Origin: an uncultured Gammaproteobacteria bacterium
Lineage (GTDB): Bacteria; Pseudomonadota; Gammaproteobacteria; Nitrosococcales; Methylophagaceae
Direction: 5' to 3'
DNA length: 64,000 nucleotides
Assembly (NCBI GenBank): GCA_905479985.1
Contig: CAJQOM010000022.1
Coordinates: forward strand, 3,937-67,936
The notes beneath the pieces were generated by a model. That model worked only from the letters and a program-made list of their open reading frames with translations, had not been told where the DNA came from and did not search any database. Made by a program: the position numbers and the translations under genes. The stretch's first letter is position 1. Each line of letters starts with the position of its first letter. Positions 46,925 through 55,379 of this stretch are shown here, piece by piece.

Positions 46925-46994
46925 CATCAAAGCCGCACCAAGGTATCTGAAGCGGCCAAGGAAAAAGCAACTGGTCAGTTGTTGGACAAATCAC
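46925..46994 (-). pseudogene. Relic of the lgt 5' end, carried in the tandem duplication
   Basis: The minus strand reads VICPTTDQLLFPWPLQIPWCGFD, versus the true lgt N-terminus [25 protein letters not shown]. The DNA aligns with 45786-45857. Confidence 0.7.
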
Positions 46995-47090
46995 ACAACA
47001 TTCTCAAAATGTGGAAAAAACAGACATTTTTCTCAAATTGAAGCCACAAACACTGGCTCATAGTCTTAATTGTGGTTAGAGTCGTGACAT

Positions 47091-47125
47091 ATTGTCTTGT
47101 TTTAACTGCAATTAATAAAGACAAT
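47091..47125. promoter_or_regulatory. Conserved palindrome (candidate operator) upstream of porin paralogue 2
   Basis: ATTGTCTT-N19-AAGACAAT, the counterpart of 45955-45987. Confidence 0.35.
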
Positions 47126-47218
47126 TTCAATACTAACAACCTAAATCAACACCATTGTCAGTTTGCAACATTAACTGCAGTCAAACATTTTATTTAATAC
47201 TTCCAGGAGACGAGAAAC

Positions 47219-47986
47219 ATGAAATTAAAACAACTTTCAGCACTGTGCCTAGCAGCCAGCGTATTAACAGCAGCACCTGCAATGGCTTGGGAAAGTGATG
47301 ACGGCCAATTTAGCACTAGTGCAAGCGTTGCACTTTCTACAGACTACATGTGGCGTGGTAGCTCACAAACTGATAATGAGCCAGCTATTTCTGGTAGCTT
47401 TGATGTTAACCACGCTAGCGGTTTTTATGCAGGCGCTTGGGCTTCAAATGTAGATCTTGGAAATGCTGATGGCCGCGGTAACAACGCGCATATTGAAATT
47501 GATGGTTACTTTGGTTATGCCAATGAAATCGGCGATACAGGTATTGGCTATGATGTTGGTGCGATGCGCTACTTCTTCCCGGGTACTGAAAGTATCGACT
47601 GGAATGAATATTATGCAGCACTAAGCTACAGTCACTTCGGCATAAAAGTTTCTCATACAGAAGACTTTGGTGGTTCTGACGAGCAAGCTACTCACTACCT
47701 GTTTACTTTCAACCATGATTTACCCATGGGCGCGCACCTACATGCAGGTTACGCATTCTATGACTTCGATGATATCGATAATGTCTTTGGTACAACACCA
47801 AATAACATAGACAACCCTCTTCAAGACTATGGCATTGGTGTTTCTAAAGACTTCGCTGGTTTCAACTGGGATGTCACATATTACGAAACACTTAAAGAAG
47901 GTAAAGATGCCACTGAAAACAATAATGCTGGCTCAGATAACAAAGCTGACAGCAGATTTGTACTGACTATTTCTAAATCTTTGTAA
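47219..47986 (+). CDS. TorF-family putative outer-membrane porin, paralogue 2
   Basis: Near-identical N- and C-termini to paralogue 1, with a divergent central loop (NVDLGNADGRGNNAH). Confidence 0.7.
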   Translation: MKLKQLSALCLAASVLTAAPAMAWESDDGQFSTSASVALSTDYMWRGSSQTDNEPAISGSFDVNHASGFYAGAWASNVDLGNADGRGNNAHIEIDGYFGYANEIGDTGIGYDVGAMRYFFPGTESIDWNEYYAALSYSHFGIKVSHTEDFGGSDEQATHYLFTFNHDLPMGAHLHAGYAFYDFDDIDNVFGTTPNNIDNPLQDYGIGVSKDFAGFNWDVTYYETLKEGKDATENNNAGSDNKADSRFVLTISKSL

Positions 47987-48016
47987 TAAATTCAGTCACA
48001 ATCAAGTTTTAAAAAA

Positions 48017-48052
48017 GGGCCAGCTATCGAAAGATAGCTGGCCCTTTTTTTT
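48017..48052 (+). terminator. Rho-independent terminator after porin paralogue 2
   Basis: GGGCCAGCTATC-GAAA-GATAGCTGGCCC followed by T8. The loop is the same as in terminator 1, with compensatory stem changes. Confidence 0.85.
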
Positions 48053-48132
48053 CATTATCGCCATTCCCCATCAAGCACTAAACATCCCCCAAAACAATTC
48101 CCACATCGTCCGATCAAAGGGCTAAACTCACC

Positions 48133-48180
48133 TGCACCTTTATAGCGCACCCCGCTATTTCCTTGCACCAGCATCGCCCA
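48133..48180 (+). promoter_or_regulatory. Two NtrC-like enhancer sites
   Basis: TGCACCTTTATAGCGCA (48133-48149) and TGCACCAGCATCGCCCA (48164-48180), compared with the consensus TGCACCA-N3-TGGTGCA. They lie 65-110 bp upstream of the sigma54 element. Confidence 0.4.
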
Positions 48181-48245
48181 TACAACCACTTAAACCCCCC
48201 ACCAAAATCAACATAACACACTGTTAATAAACATATTTACAACTT

Positions 48246-48261
48246 TGGCCCACATCCTGCA
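48246..48261 (+). promoter_or_regulatory. Sigma54 (-24/-12) promoter for porin3-glnK-amtB
   Basis: TGGCCCACATCCTGCA fits TGGCAC-N5-TTGCA, with GG and GC at the correct spacing. About 90 nt upstream of the porin 3 ATG. Confidence 0.6.
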
Positions 48262-48350
48262 ATAAAGAAATCAGTCTGAATCTACTTAGCCGCTACCCAG
48301 TAGCCCAGTGCATTCAAACGTTAAATTTATATTCTCTAGGAGATGGAAAA

Positions 48351-49052
48351 ATGAAAATGAAAAAACTCTCAGCGCTGTGTCTCACAGCCAGTACATTAAT
48401 GGCCACCTCATCAGTAATGGCCTGGGAAAGTGAAGATGGACAACATTCAACAAGCGCCAGCGTCGCCTTAACATCTGATTACGTCTGGCGTGGTTACAGC
48501 CAAACCGATAGCAAACCCGCCATTTCAGGCAGCTTTGATTACGGCCATTCAAGTGGTTTCTATGCAGGGACATGGGCTTCAAATGTAGATTATGGTGATG
48601 ATGCAAGCATCGAAATAGATATTTACGCTGGCTATGCCAGCGAAATTGGTAATACCGGTGTTGGTTACGATGTCGGGCTATTACGTTACATTTACCCTGG
48701 TGAAGATTATGGCTATAACGAAGCGTACGCCTCTCTTAGTTATAGCTTCTTCAGCGCAAACGTAGCACATACCAGTAATTCTTCTTTTCATAGCGACAGC
48801 GCTACTTATTACTCATTAGGTTTTGATTATGATCTGCCCAAGGGCGTTGCACTGAGCGCAGGTTATGGCTATTACGATTACGACATGTCAGGTGTCGACT
48901 CTCCAACTGATTATCGTGTTGGCCTTTCTACCGAACTTGTTGGTTTTGGTCTCGACTTAACTTACACCGATACCGATAGTGACGGTGAGGACCTTTATGG
49001 TAAGAGCCTTGCCGACGGTCGCTTAATCTTCACAATCTCAAAATCTTTGTAA
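48351..49052 (+). CDS. TorF-family putative outer-membrane porin, paralogue 3 (divergent)
   Basis: AWESEDGQHSTSASVALTSDYVWRGYSQTDSKPAISGSFDYGHSSGFYAGTWASNVD, C-terminus FTISKSL. Immediately upstream of glnK. Confidence 0.7.
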   Translation: MKMKKLSALCLTASTLMATSSVMAWESEDGQHSTSASVALTSDYVWRGYSQTDSKPAISGSFDYGHSSGFYAGTWASNVDYGDDASIEIDIYAGYASEIGNTGVGYDVGLLRYIYPGEDYGYNEAYASLSYSFFSANVAHTSNSSFHSDSATYYSLGFDYDLPKGVALSAGYGYYDYDMSGVDSPTDYRVGLSTELVGFGLDLTYTDTDSDGEDLYGKSLADGRLIFTISKSL

Positions 49053-49107
49053 TTGCCGAATAATAATACGGCCGCCTCACTGAAAGGCTTAGGCGACCAT
49101 TTTTTAG

Positions 49108-49458
<351 letters not shown>

Positions 49459-49476
49459 TTTAGAGGAGCAACACCC

Positions 49477-50745
49477 ATGGAAGATCAAATTTTCCAACTC
49501 CAATATGCGATGGACACATTCTATTTTCTAGTGTGTGGCGCCTTAGTCATGTGGATGGCAGCAGGCTTTGCCATGCTAGAAGCCGGCCTTGTTCGTGCTA
49601 AAAACACGACAGAAATTTTAACAAAAAACGTGATGCTTTTCGCCATCGCATGTACCGCTTATTTAGTTGTCGGTTACGACATTATGTACGGCGGCGGACT
49701 TTTCCTTGATGGTATCGACGGTGGTGAAACATTAGTTGCTGACGCATTAGCCGCTTCTGCAGAAGCCGGTTTTGAAGGTGGCTCTGTTTACTCAAGCGCA
49801 TCTGATTTCTTCTTCCAGGTTGTGTTTGTTGCAACTGCGATGTCGATTGTTTCTGGTGCCGTTGCTGAGCGAATGAAATTATCAGCATTTGCCTTTTTTG
49901 CAGTTGCTATGACAGCATTCATTTACCCAATGGAAGGTGCTTGGACTTGGGGTGGTGAATCTGTATTTGGCCTATATTCATTAGGTGATGACTTTGGTTT
50001 CCTTGATTTTGCAGGCTCAGGTATCGTCCATATGGCCGGTGCAGCAGCAGCCCTTGCAGGCGTTATTTTGTTAGGCGCACGTAAAGGCAAATATGGTGCT
50101 AACGGCGAAGTCAAACCGATTCCTGGTGCTAACTTACCTTTAGCGACACTTGGTACCTTCATCTTATGGATGGGTTGGTTCGGCTTTAATGGTGGTTCGG
50201 TATTAAAACTGGGTGATATGGCCAGTGCCAACGCCGTTGCCATGGTGTTCTTAAATACCAATGCCGCAGCAGCCGGTGGTGTTATTGCCGCCTTGCTAAT
50301 GGCTAAAATGCTATTTGGTAAAGCAGACTTAACGATGATTTTGAATGGTGCTTTAGCCGGTCTTGTTGCCATTACTGCCGGCCCTGATACACCCACACCA
50401 CTTTACGCAACATTAATTGGGGGTGTCGGTGGCGCCTTAGTGGTCATCTCAATTGTCATGATGGATAAATTCAAACTGGATGATCCGGTCGGTGCTATCT
50501 CTGTCCACGGTGTTGTCGGTTTATGGGGTCTATTAGCGGTACCTCTCACTAACAGCGATGCCAGCTTCACCGGCCAATTAGTCGGTGCTGCAACCATCTT
50601 TGTATGGGTCTTCGTGACAAGCTTTATCGTCTGGGCCGTGTTAAAAATGGTGATGGGTATCCGCGTCTCAGAAGAAGAAGAGTACGCCGGTGTTGATTTA
50701 AGTGAATGTGGTATGGAAGCTTACCCAGAGTTCACAGATAGATAG
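49477..50745 (+). CDS. amtB: Ammonium transporter
   Basis: 11-12 TM Amt family protein with DFAGSGIVH and ISVHGVVGLWG motifs. Confidence 0.95.
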   Translation: MEDQIFQLQYAMDTFYFLVCGALVMWMAAGFAMLEAGLVRAKNTTEILTKNVMLFAIACTAYLVVGYDIMYGGGLFLDGIDGGETLVADALAASAEAGFEGGSVYSSASDFFFQVVFVATAMSIVSGAVAERMKLSAFAFFAVAMTAFIYPMEGAWTWGGESVFGLYSLGDDFGFLDFAGSGIVHMAGAAAALAGVILLGARKGKYGANGEVKPIPGANLPLATLGTFILWMGWFGFNGGSVLKLGDMASANAVAMVFLNTNAAAAGGVIAALLMAKMLFGKADLTMILNGALAGLVAITAGPDTPTPLYATLIGGVGGALVVISIVMMDKFKLDDPVGAISVHGVVGLWGLLAVPLTNSDASFTGQLVGAATIFVWVFVTSFIVWAVLKMVMGIRVSEEEEYAGVDLSECGMEAYPEFTDR

Positions 50746-50776
50746 TCAAGTCCGTTACATTTTAAACTAACAAAAA

Positions 50777-50804
50777 GGGCAGTTCTTATGAGCTGCCCTT
50801 TTTT
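50777..50804 (+). terminator. Rho-independent terminator after amtB
   Basis: GGGCAGTTC-TTAT-GAGCTGCCC followed by T6. Confidence 0.8.
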
Positions 50805-50859
50805 ATTCATATGTTAAAGTGAGTGCATTACCAGCCTAACGTCATAAATAGGGTTAACA

Positions 50860-51300
50860 ATGGACAACTCAAACACCACCGATATACTCTCCATTATTGT
50901 CAGATTCCTCGGCCTAATTGTCCTACTCGTCGGCCTCTATGTCGGTATCAAAGTTATTCTAGAAGCTTGGCACCTCTACGAAGAACCACAACGCATAGAA
51001 CGTTTTGCCGATGCTATAGAGCATGGCTCCAACCTCGACGCCGTCCTCGCAGCCATCACTGTCGGTAAGGCAATACCCAAACAACTTAAGCCTGAAGCCA
51101 GCACAACATCAAACAACGCAACTCCAGCTCTGAAAGTCACCTACTTCTTAGCCTGGGGGATTGTCGTTGTGTTGTTAATGGTCATCGGTAGCCTAGCCTC
51201 AGCCGCCATCAGAACGGGTGGCCAACTGGCCTTATACGATCTACAAGTCAAACGCTTCGCCAAGCAGCTTCTCAAAGAAGCCAAAACAATAAAAGAATAA
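50860..51300 (+). CDS. Hypothetical two-TM membrane protein
   Basis: ORF with two hydrophobic helices (ILSIIVRFLGLIVLLVGLYVGI and FLAWGIVVVLLMVIGSLASAAI). No recognisable family. Confidence 0.45.
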   Translation: MDNSNTTDILSIIVRFLGLIVLLVGLYVGIKVILEAWHLYEEPQRIERFADAIEHGSNLDAVLAAITVGKAIPKQLKPEASTTSNNATPALKVTYFLAWGIVVVLLMVIGSLASAAIRTGGQLALYDLQVKRFAKQLLKEAKTIKE

Positions 51301-51363
51301 TGTCAGTCAATGCAGAAAAGCGTAAACTGAGGCCATAAACGACCAACACAACATCAAAACGCT

Positions 51364-51969
51364 ATGATAAATATCGACTCAATCAACAAAGCACCGCTAA
51401 AAACAGCACCTTTTCCTTACTTCACCGTAATGCAATCGATGCTGGATGAAAAACTCCCGCAGCTTGTCCAAGAGTTTCCAGCTATCACGCGTGGTGGCAG
51501 CTTTAACAAAGAAGACCTTGATCTTAGCGATAACTACGATGCCCTCCATCAATCGCTTGACTCAGCAGGCTTCCGCCAAGCCTTATCCGAAAAATTTGAT
51601 GTTGATGTTATCGATGCACCGATCATGCTCACCTACCGTGGCTTCTCTCGCAATAAAGATGGCCGTGTTCATACCGATTCAAAGACCAAACTCCTCACCA
51701 TCCTGATCTACTTCAATGATGGTTGGTCAGCAGAAACCGGCAAATTGCGCATTCTCAACAGTGACGATATGAATGACATTGCCGAAGAAGTTAACCCCAC
51801 TGCCGGCTGTATGATCGCCTTTAAAGTCACCGATAATTGCTGGCACGGTTACCCTTCATTTGAAGGCACGCGGAACGCCATCCAAGTGAATTTCCTCGCC
51901 AGCGAAGCAGCCAGTAAAAAGCACAAATTCTTCCATAAAATGAGTGCCAAGCTAAAGTCACTTAAGTAG
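51364..51969 (+). CDS. 2OG-Fe(II) oxygenase superfamily protein (prolyl-4-hydroxylase-like)
   Basis: RVHTDS (HxD) ... GKLRIL ... CWHGY distal His, in a jelly-roll-sized 201-aa protein. Confidence 0.6.
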   Translation: MINIDSINKAPLKTAPFPYFTVMQSMLDEKLPQLVQEFPAITRGGSFNKEDLDLSDNYDALHQSLDSAGFRQALSEKFDVDVIDAPIMLTYRGFSRNKDGRVHTDSKTKLLTILIYFNDGWSAETGKLRILNSDDMNDIAEEVNPTAGCMIAFKVTDNCWHGYPSFEGTRNAIQVNFLASEAASKKHKFFHKMSAKLKSLK

Positions 51970-52675
51970 GGCCAGAGCTCTTTCTAATATTTACTGGCCG
52001 ACCACGCCGGCTATAGCCCACTTTTTGGCCCAAGATAGATTCAACCTCCGACTTAAACCGAGCATCACCCAGTGGTGCACCAGTCTGCCAACACGCATTA
52101 ATTTGCCTCAACACCTCGGCAGACTCTTCCGAATCAAACAAAGCCAAATAAGCCGCTTGTCGCAAGCCCCTATCAGCATCTAAATCTTGGTAAATAATAT
52201 GCGGACTTAAAAAATCATCTCGCATGCCTATCCCGTTGGCATTACGGTGATGGCTCGACCACCGATAATCAAGCGGGCTAGCCACCTTGCCTGCACGAAC
52301 AGGGTTCGATTCAATAGAGCGCATACATCGTAGTAAATAAGCCTCTTCTTGTACCAAGCTGGCCTTATAGCGGCCTTCCCACAGCGAGCCGCTGCGGCCA
52401 TACTTCTGATTAATGTAAGGCACATAATAACGGCCCACATACTGCATCATCCGAGTCACACCCTCATTATCTTCTGGCGTTGCTAAAATATGAATATGAT
52501 TTGTCATCAACACATAAGCATGGACATGACACCGGTACCGACTTGCGGCTTGTTTAAGCCAGCCTAAATAGGCTAAGTAGTCTTCATCTTCGAAAAAAAC
52601 AGCAGAGCGATTATGTCCACGCTGGACAATATGCAGGGGAATACCAGGAATAACAAAACGTGGCTTACGAGGCAT
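51962..52675 (-). mobile_element. REP-associated tyrosine transposase (RAYT, IS200/IS605-like Y1 HUH), apparently intact
   Basis: PLHIVQRGHNR, HUH motif MTNHIHIL, LWEGRYKASLV catalytic Tyr region, IESNPVRAG, DYRWSS. Confidence 0.85.
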
Positions 52676-52733
52676 GTCTCAATCTAACAAGATAAATAAA
52701 TGGATCTCCAGCTTAGCACGACAGAAATTGTTC

Positions 52734-52760
52734 TTAAAGCGCTCCGGCCCCTTTAATTAG
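52734..52760. repeat. Degenerate REP-like sequence upstream of the intact RAYT
   Basis: TTAAAGCGCTCCGGCCCCTTTAATTAG resembles the REP core AAAGGGAAGCGTCCCCTTTTAATT. Confidence 0.3.
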
Positions 52761-53527
52761 AGCACCGCATTTTTAATCAAATGTGTCGGTATTTTATTTT
52801 TGATCTGCTCGTGCAGCGCCGGTAATAACGACCAATGCACGCCTTGCTCATGATGGTGTGCAGTATGGTAACCCAAATTACCTGTCATGATATTGTAGAA
52901 CCGGTTCAAATTGTTTCTTGACGCCTCAAACTCATTATCGGTATCCAAACCTGAGTGATGCTCATATGTCGCCCAAGCAGTCAGTAATAAACCAGTAATC
53001 ATTGGTAAAATAAATAAGAACAGCGCAGCTATCGGATTAAAATAGGTCAACACTGCCACGACAGAAAATGTAATTGCCGTATAAAACATGAATATTTTTT
53101 GTAACTTAGGAAAACGCGCTCCCACTTTAAACCCGCGGAAATAAGCGGTGCCAGCCACGGTCAGCGTATATTCAATTTCACCCATCGTTTTTCCGGATTT
53201 ATGCTGCCAACGACTCTCATCCTTGCTTTGATCCATATAATTCTGATGATGCCCCAAGACGTGGTGTAGCATCCATAAATTCGTGGTGATACCAGTATGC
53301 AAAGCATAGAACAGCTCTAGTAATCGGTTCAATCCCTTTTGTTTAAACGTCAACGTGTGTTGGTGATGGTGGTTCCACGCACATATTTTACCTTTGGGTA
53401 TGATCATCACGAACCAAAAAGCCGCTAATAACCAGACGTTCTCAACTAGGAAATACAAACTAAAATCGAGCACACTAAACAAAAGTATAATTGTGACAGG
53501 CAGACGATCAGCAGCGTATTTAAACAC
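52757..53527 (-). CDS. Membrane di-iron fatty-acid desaturase/hydroxylase superfamily protein
   Basis: Three His boxes (NHHHQH, HHVLGHH, HTAHHHEQ) and four hydrophobic segments; 256 aa. Confidence 0.65.
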   Translation of the reverse strand: MFKYAADRLPVTIILLFSVLDFSLYFLVENVWLLAAFWFVMIIPKGKICAWNHHHQHTLTFKQKGLNRLLELFYALHTGITTNLWMLHHVLGHHQNYMDQSKDESRWQHKSGKTMGEIEYTLTVAGTAYFRGFKVGARFPKLQKIFMFYTAITFSVVAVLTYFNPIAALFLFILPMITGLLLTAWATYEHHSGLDTDNEFEASRNNLNRFYNIMTGNLGYHTAHHHEQGVHWSLLPALHEQIKNKIPTHLIKNAVL

Positions 53528-53702
53528 AGAGTAGAGCCCTATTTATAAATGACCCGTAAGAATAGCCTAATCTGATCTAAAAGGTAAAGAACAAAAGTTA
53601 ACGAAAGTTGTCAAATAAGCAGTGTCTTCGCCGCCACAAATAAAGGGGTCAGAGTTGTTTTATGCCATTTCATCTAAAACATCCTCACCAAGACTTTCTA
53701 TA

Positions 53703-53957
53703 TCAACGCTTGAACTGCAAACTACCAACTCCTATCAATACCAATAAAGCCCCGATACCGATCGTCAATGTAAATGGCTCATCTAAAATATAAACCGCTA
53801 ATGCAATCGTAAAGACTGGCCCAAGCATGCCAACAGCACTGGCTTGAACAGCCCCAATTCGGCCAATCGCAGCACTGATCATAAAACTGGGAATAACCGT
53901 ACTAAAAACGGCGAGCAAAACCAACCAGAACCAAGGTAACTGGCCCCAAAGCGAAAA
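53703..53957 (-). pseudogene. 3' fragment of an EamA/DMT-family transporter gene
   Basis: Only the last ~85 codons remain open (LVLLAVFSTVIPSFMISAAIGRIGAVQAS...LDEPFT...LVLIGV). There is a stop immediately upstream and no N-terminal half. Confidence 0.6.
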
Positions 53958-53982
53958 TTAGCCTCATGCCTAACTGCTCTTT

Positions 53983-54015
53983 TAAAGGGAATTAAAGGCA
54001 AGCATCCCTTAGGGA
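53983..54015. repeat. Degenerate REP copy
   Basis: TAAAGGGAATTAAAGGCAAGCATCCCTTAGGG compared with GAATTAAAGGGAAGCGTCCCCTTTTAG. Confidence 0.35.
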
Positions 54016-54067
54016 TCAAAATAGAAATCACTCTAGTTGGGCTTGCTTTTTAAAGTGGTATTTTTAA

Positions 54068-54322
54068 TCAATAATGATAACGACACTGTGCTATAAATAA
54101 GCCAGAATCATTTACCTTATATACTAAGCGATGCACCATATCTATTCTCCTCGACCAATATCCTGACCAGTTGTGTTTTAACGGTTCTGGATCTCCCAAA
54201 CCATTAAATGCTTGGCGCTGGATATCTTTTATCAATAAATTGATGCGCTTTAACTTTTTTTTATCTTCTTTTTGCCAGTACAAATAATCATCCCAAGCAT
54301 GACTCGCCCAAGATAAGTGCAT
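54068..54322 (-). CDS. yoeB: YoeB/Txe-family toxin (mRNA interferase)
   Basis: 84 aa with WDDYLYWQ...DKKKLKRINLLIKDI...PEPLK...WSRRI...HRLVY...CRYHY, typical of YoeB. Confidence 0.9.
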   Translation of the reverse strand: MHLSWASHAWDDYLYWQKEDKKKLKRINLLIKDIQRQAFNGLGDPEPLKHNWSGYWSRRIDMVHRLVYKVNDSGLFIAQCRYHY

Positions 54323-54573
54323 TATTTTATAATCTCTCGGCTAGTTGCATTCCCTGACTCAATTTCCAGAATAGCTTGGTTCAGCCTGATAGCGTTCTTA
54401 GGGCTAGCCATTAAGTAAGCTGTTTCTTCGTATGATTGAAAGTCTTCCAAACTCATTACGACAGCAGGTTTTCCATTTTGTCGTGTAATCATCATCGGTT
54501 TATGGTCGTTATTTACTCTATCCAACACACTCGCTAATTGAGTTCTAAAGGCTGAATAACTTACGGTATCCAT
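54322..54573 (-). CDS. yefM: Phd/YefM-family antitoxin
   Basis: 83 aa with SYSAFRTQLASVLDRV...PMMITRQNGKPAVVMSLEDFQSYEET. TAATG overlap with yoeB. Confidence 0.9.
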   Translation of the reverse strand: MDTVSYSAFRTQLASVLDRVNNDHKPMMITRQNGKPAVVMSLEDFQSYEETAYLMASPKNAIRLNQAILEIESGNATSREIIK

Positions 54574-54605
54574 AATATAATCTCACTCTAAATAGGAACA
54601 TACAC

Positions 54606-54633
54606 TTATTATAGTACCTGTACCATAATAAGT
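54606..54633. promoter_or_regulatory. Palindromic candidate operator of yefM-yoeB
   Basis: CTTATTATAGTACCTGTACCATAATAAG is a near-perfect palindrome with GTAC cores, 33 nt upstream of the yefM start. YefM-YoeB operators in E. coli carry TGTACA-type cores. Confidence 0.5.
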
Positions 54634-54659
54634 ACAAGGTGGCCCAACCTATTTATTCT

Positions 54660-54731
54660 CAGCGATGGCCGCGCCGGGTGATGGTGAGAGATATTTTCAG
54701 GAAAAACATGACTAGAGACTCTGGACATAGG
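54660..54731 (-). pseudogene. Second RAYT 5' remnant (about 24 codons)
   Basis: The minus strand reads MSRVSSHVFPENISHHHPARPS, compared with MPRAARHVFPNIPHHITQRGN of the neighbouring fragment. DNA 54700-54782 parallels 54996-55075. Confidence 0.45.
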
Positions 54732-54738
54732 CAATACC

Positions 54739-55029
54739 TTACCCTCGCAGGAAAATAAAAGGGAAGCGTCCCCTTTTAGTTTGCAACGGTTTTAAGACCT
54801 TCATAAGCCCATCTTCAGTAGAAGGAATAAGCACCAAGTGGATATGGTTATCCATTAAGCAATAGCTAAGCAACGTGACAGCGTATTTGTGGCAATAGTC
54901 TATTAGCCATTCAAGATAAAGCTGCTTATCATCATCACAAAAGAATACGTCCTCACGGCGATTACCACGCTGGGTAATATGATGAGGAATATTAGGGAAA
55001 ACGTGTCTAGCGGCTCTGGGCATAGACAA
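54739..55029 (-). pseudogene. Truncated RAYT (N-terminal ~86 aa including HUH), broken at a REP copy
   Basis: MPRAARHVFPNIPHHITQRGNRREDVFF...LMDNHIHLVL. The frame then runs into REP1 sequence; the catalytic Tyr region is absent. Confidence 0.75.
54758..54782 (+). repeat. REP hairpin copy 1
   Basis: AAAGGGAAGCGTCCCCTTTTAGTT, with stem AAAGGG/CCCTTT. Confidence 0.8.
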
Positions 55030-55051
55030 TATCTTGCCCTAGCAAGGAATT

Positions 55052-55088
55052 AAAGGGAAGCGTCCCCTTTTAGTTTCCCTTTTAGTTT
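55052..55088 (+). repeat. REP hairpin copy 2 plus partial tail duplication
   Basis: AAAGGGAAGCGTCCCCTTTTAGTT followed by TCCCTTTTAGTTT. Confidence 0.8.
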
Positions 55089-55181
55089 ATGACTACTGAA
55101 ATCATCACCAATTTTACTGAAAACATCTCCCAAACTATAGTTCTTAGGACCAGCAACATAATCAAACTGTCGACTTGAATT

Positions 55182-55205
55182 AAAGGGAAGCGTCCCCTTT
55201 TAGTT
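55182..55205 (+). repeat. REP hairpin copy 3
   Basis: Identical core AAAGGGAAGCGTCCCCTTTTAGTT, preceded by GAATT as in copy 2. Confidence 0.8.
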
Positions 55206-55263
55206 CACTGACCATGTGGGCTATACAAAAACGTTCGTCTGCGTTTAAATGATGGTAAGGCAT
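55201..55263 (-). pseudogene. Possible IS30-family transposase N-terminal remnant
   Basis: The minus strand reads MPYHHLNADERFCIAHMVSE and then runs into REP3. HLxxxER..I is the usual start of the IS30 HTH. Confidence 0.25.
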
Positions 55264-55379
55264 CGTAGGTTTCCTAATAACTTAAGTTGTGGTGATTTAA
55301 ACTTATTAGAATTTACGATGCCTGCTTTTTTATCTCAACTGTTGCACTTGGAACTTGAATTCAGCTATTGATTTCAAAT

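Noticed and set aside
46881-47063. 60-aa ORF between porin paralogues 1 and 2.
   Set aside because: It runs through the terminator hairpin and antisense to the decayed lgt 5' relic. It is a by-product of the duplication.
49923-50396. Long antisense or alternative-frame ORFs inside real genes, e.g. 49923..50396 in amtB, 29975..30409 in the DUF2189-like gene, 38274..38624 in atpF, 27262..27630 and 27282..27593 in cbpA, 15768..16127 in dnaN, and several in gltB.
   Set aside because: Each is nested in a gene with strong family motifs, and their products are low-complexity or compositionally odd. These are typical shadow ORFs.
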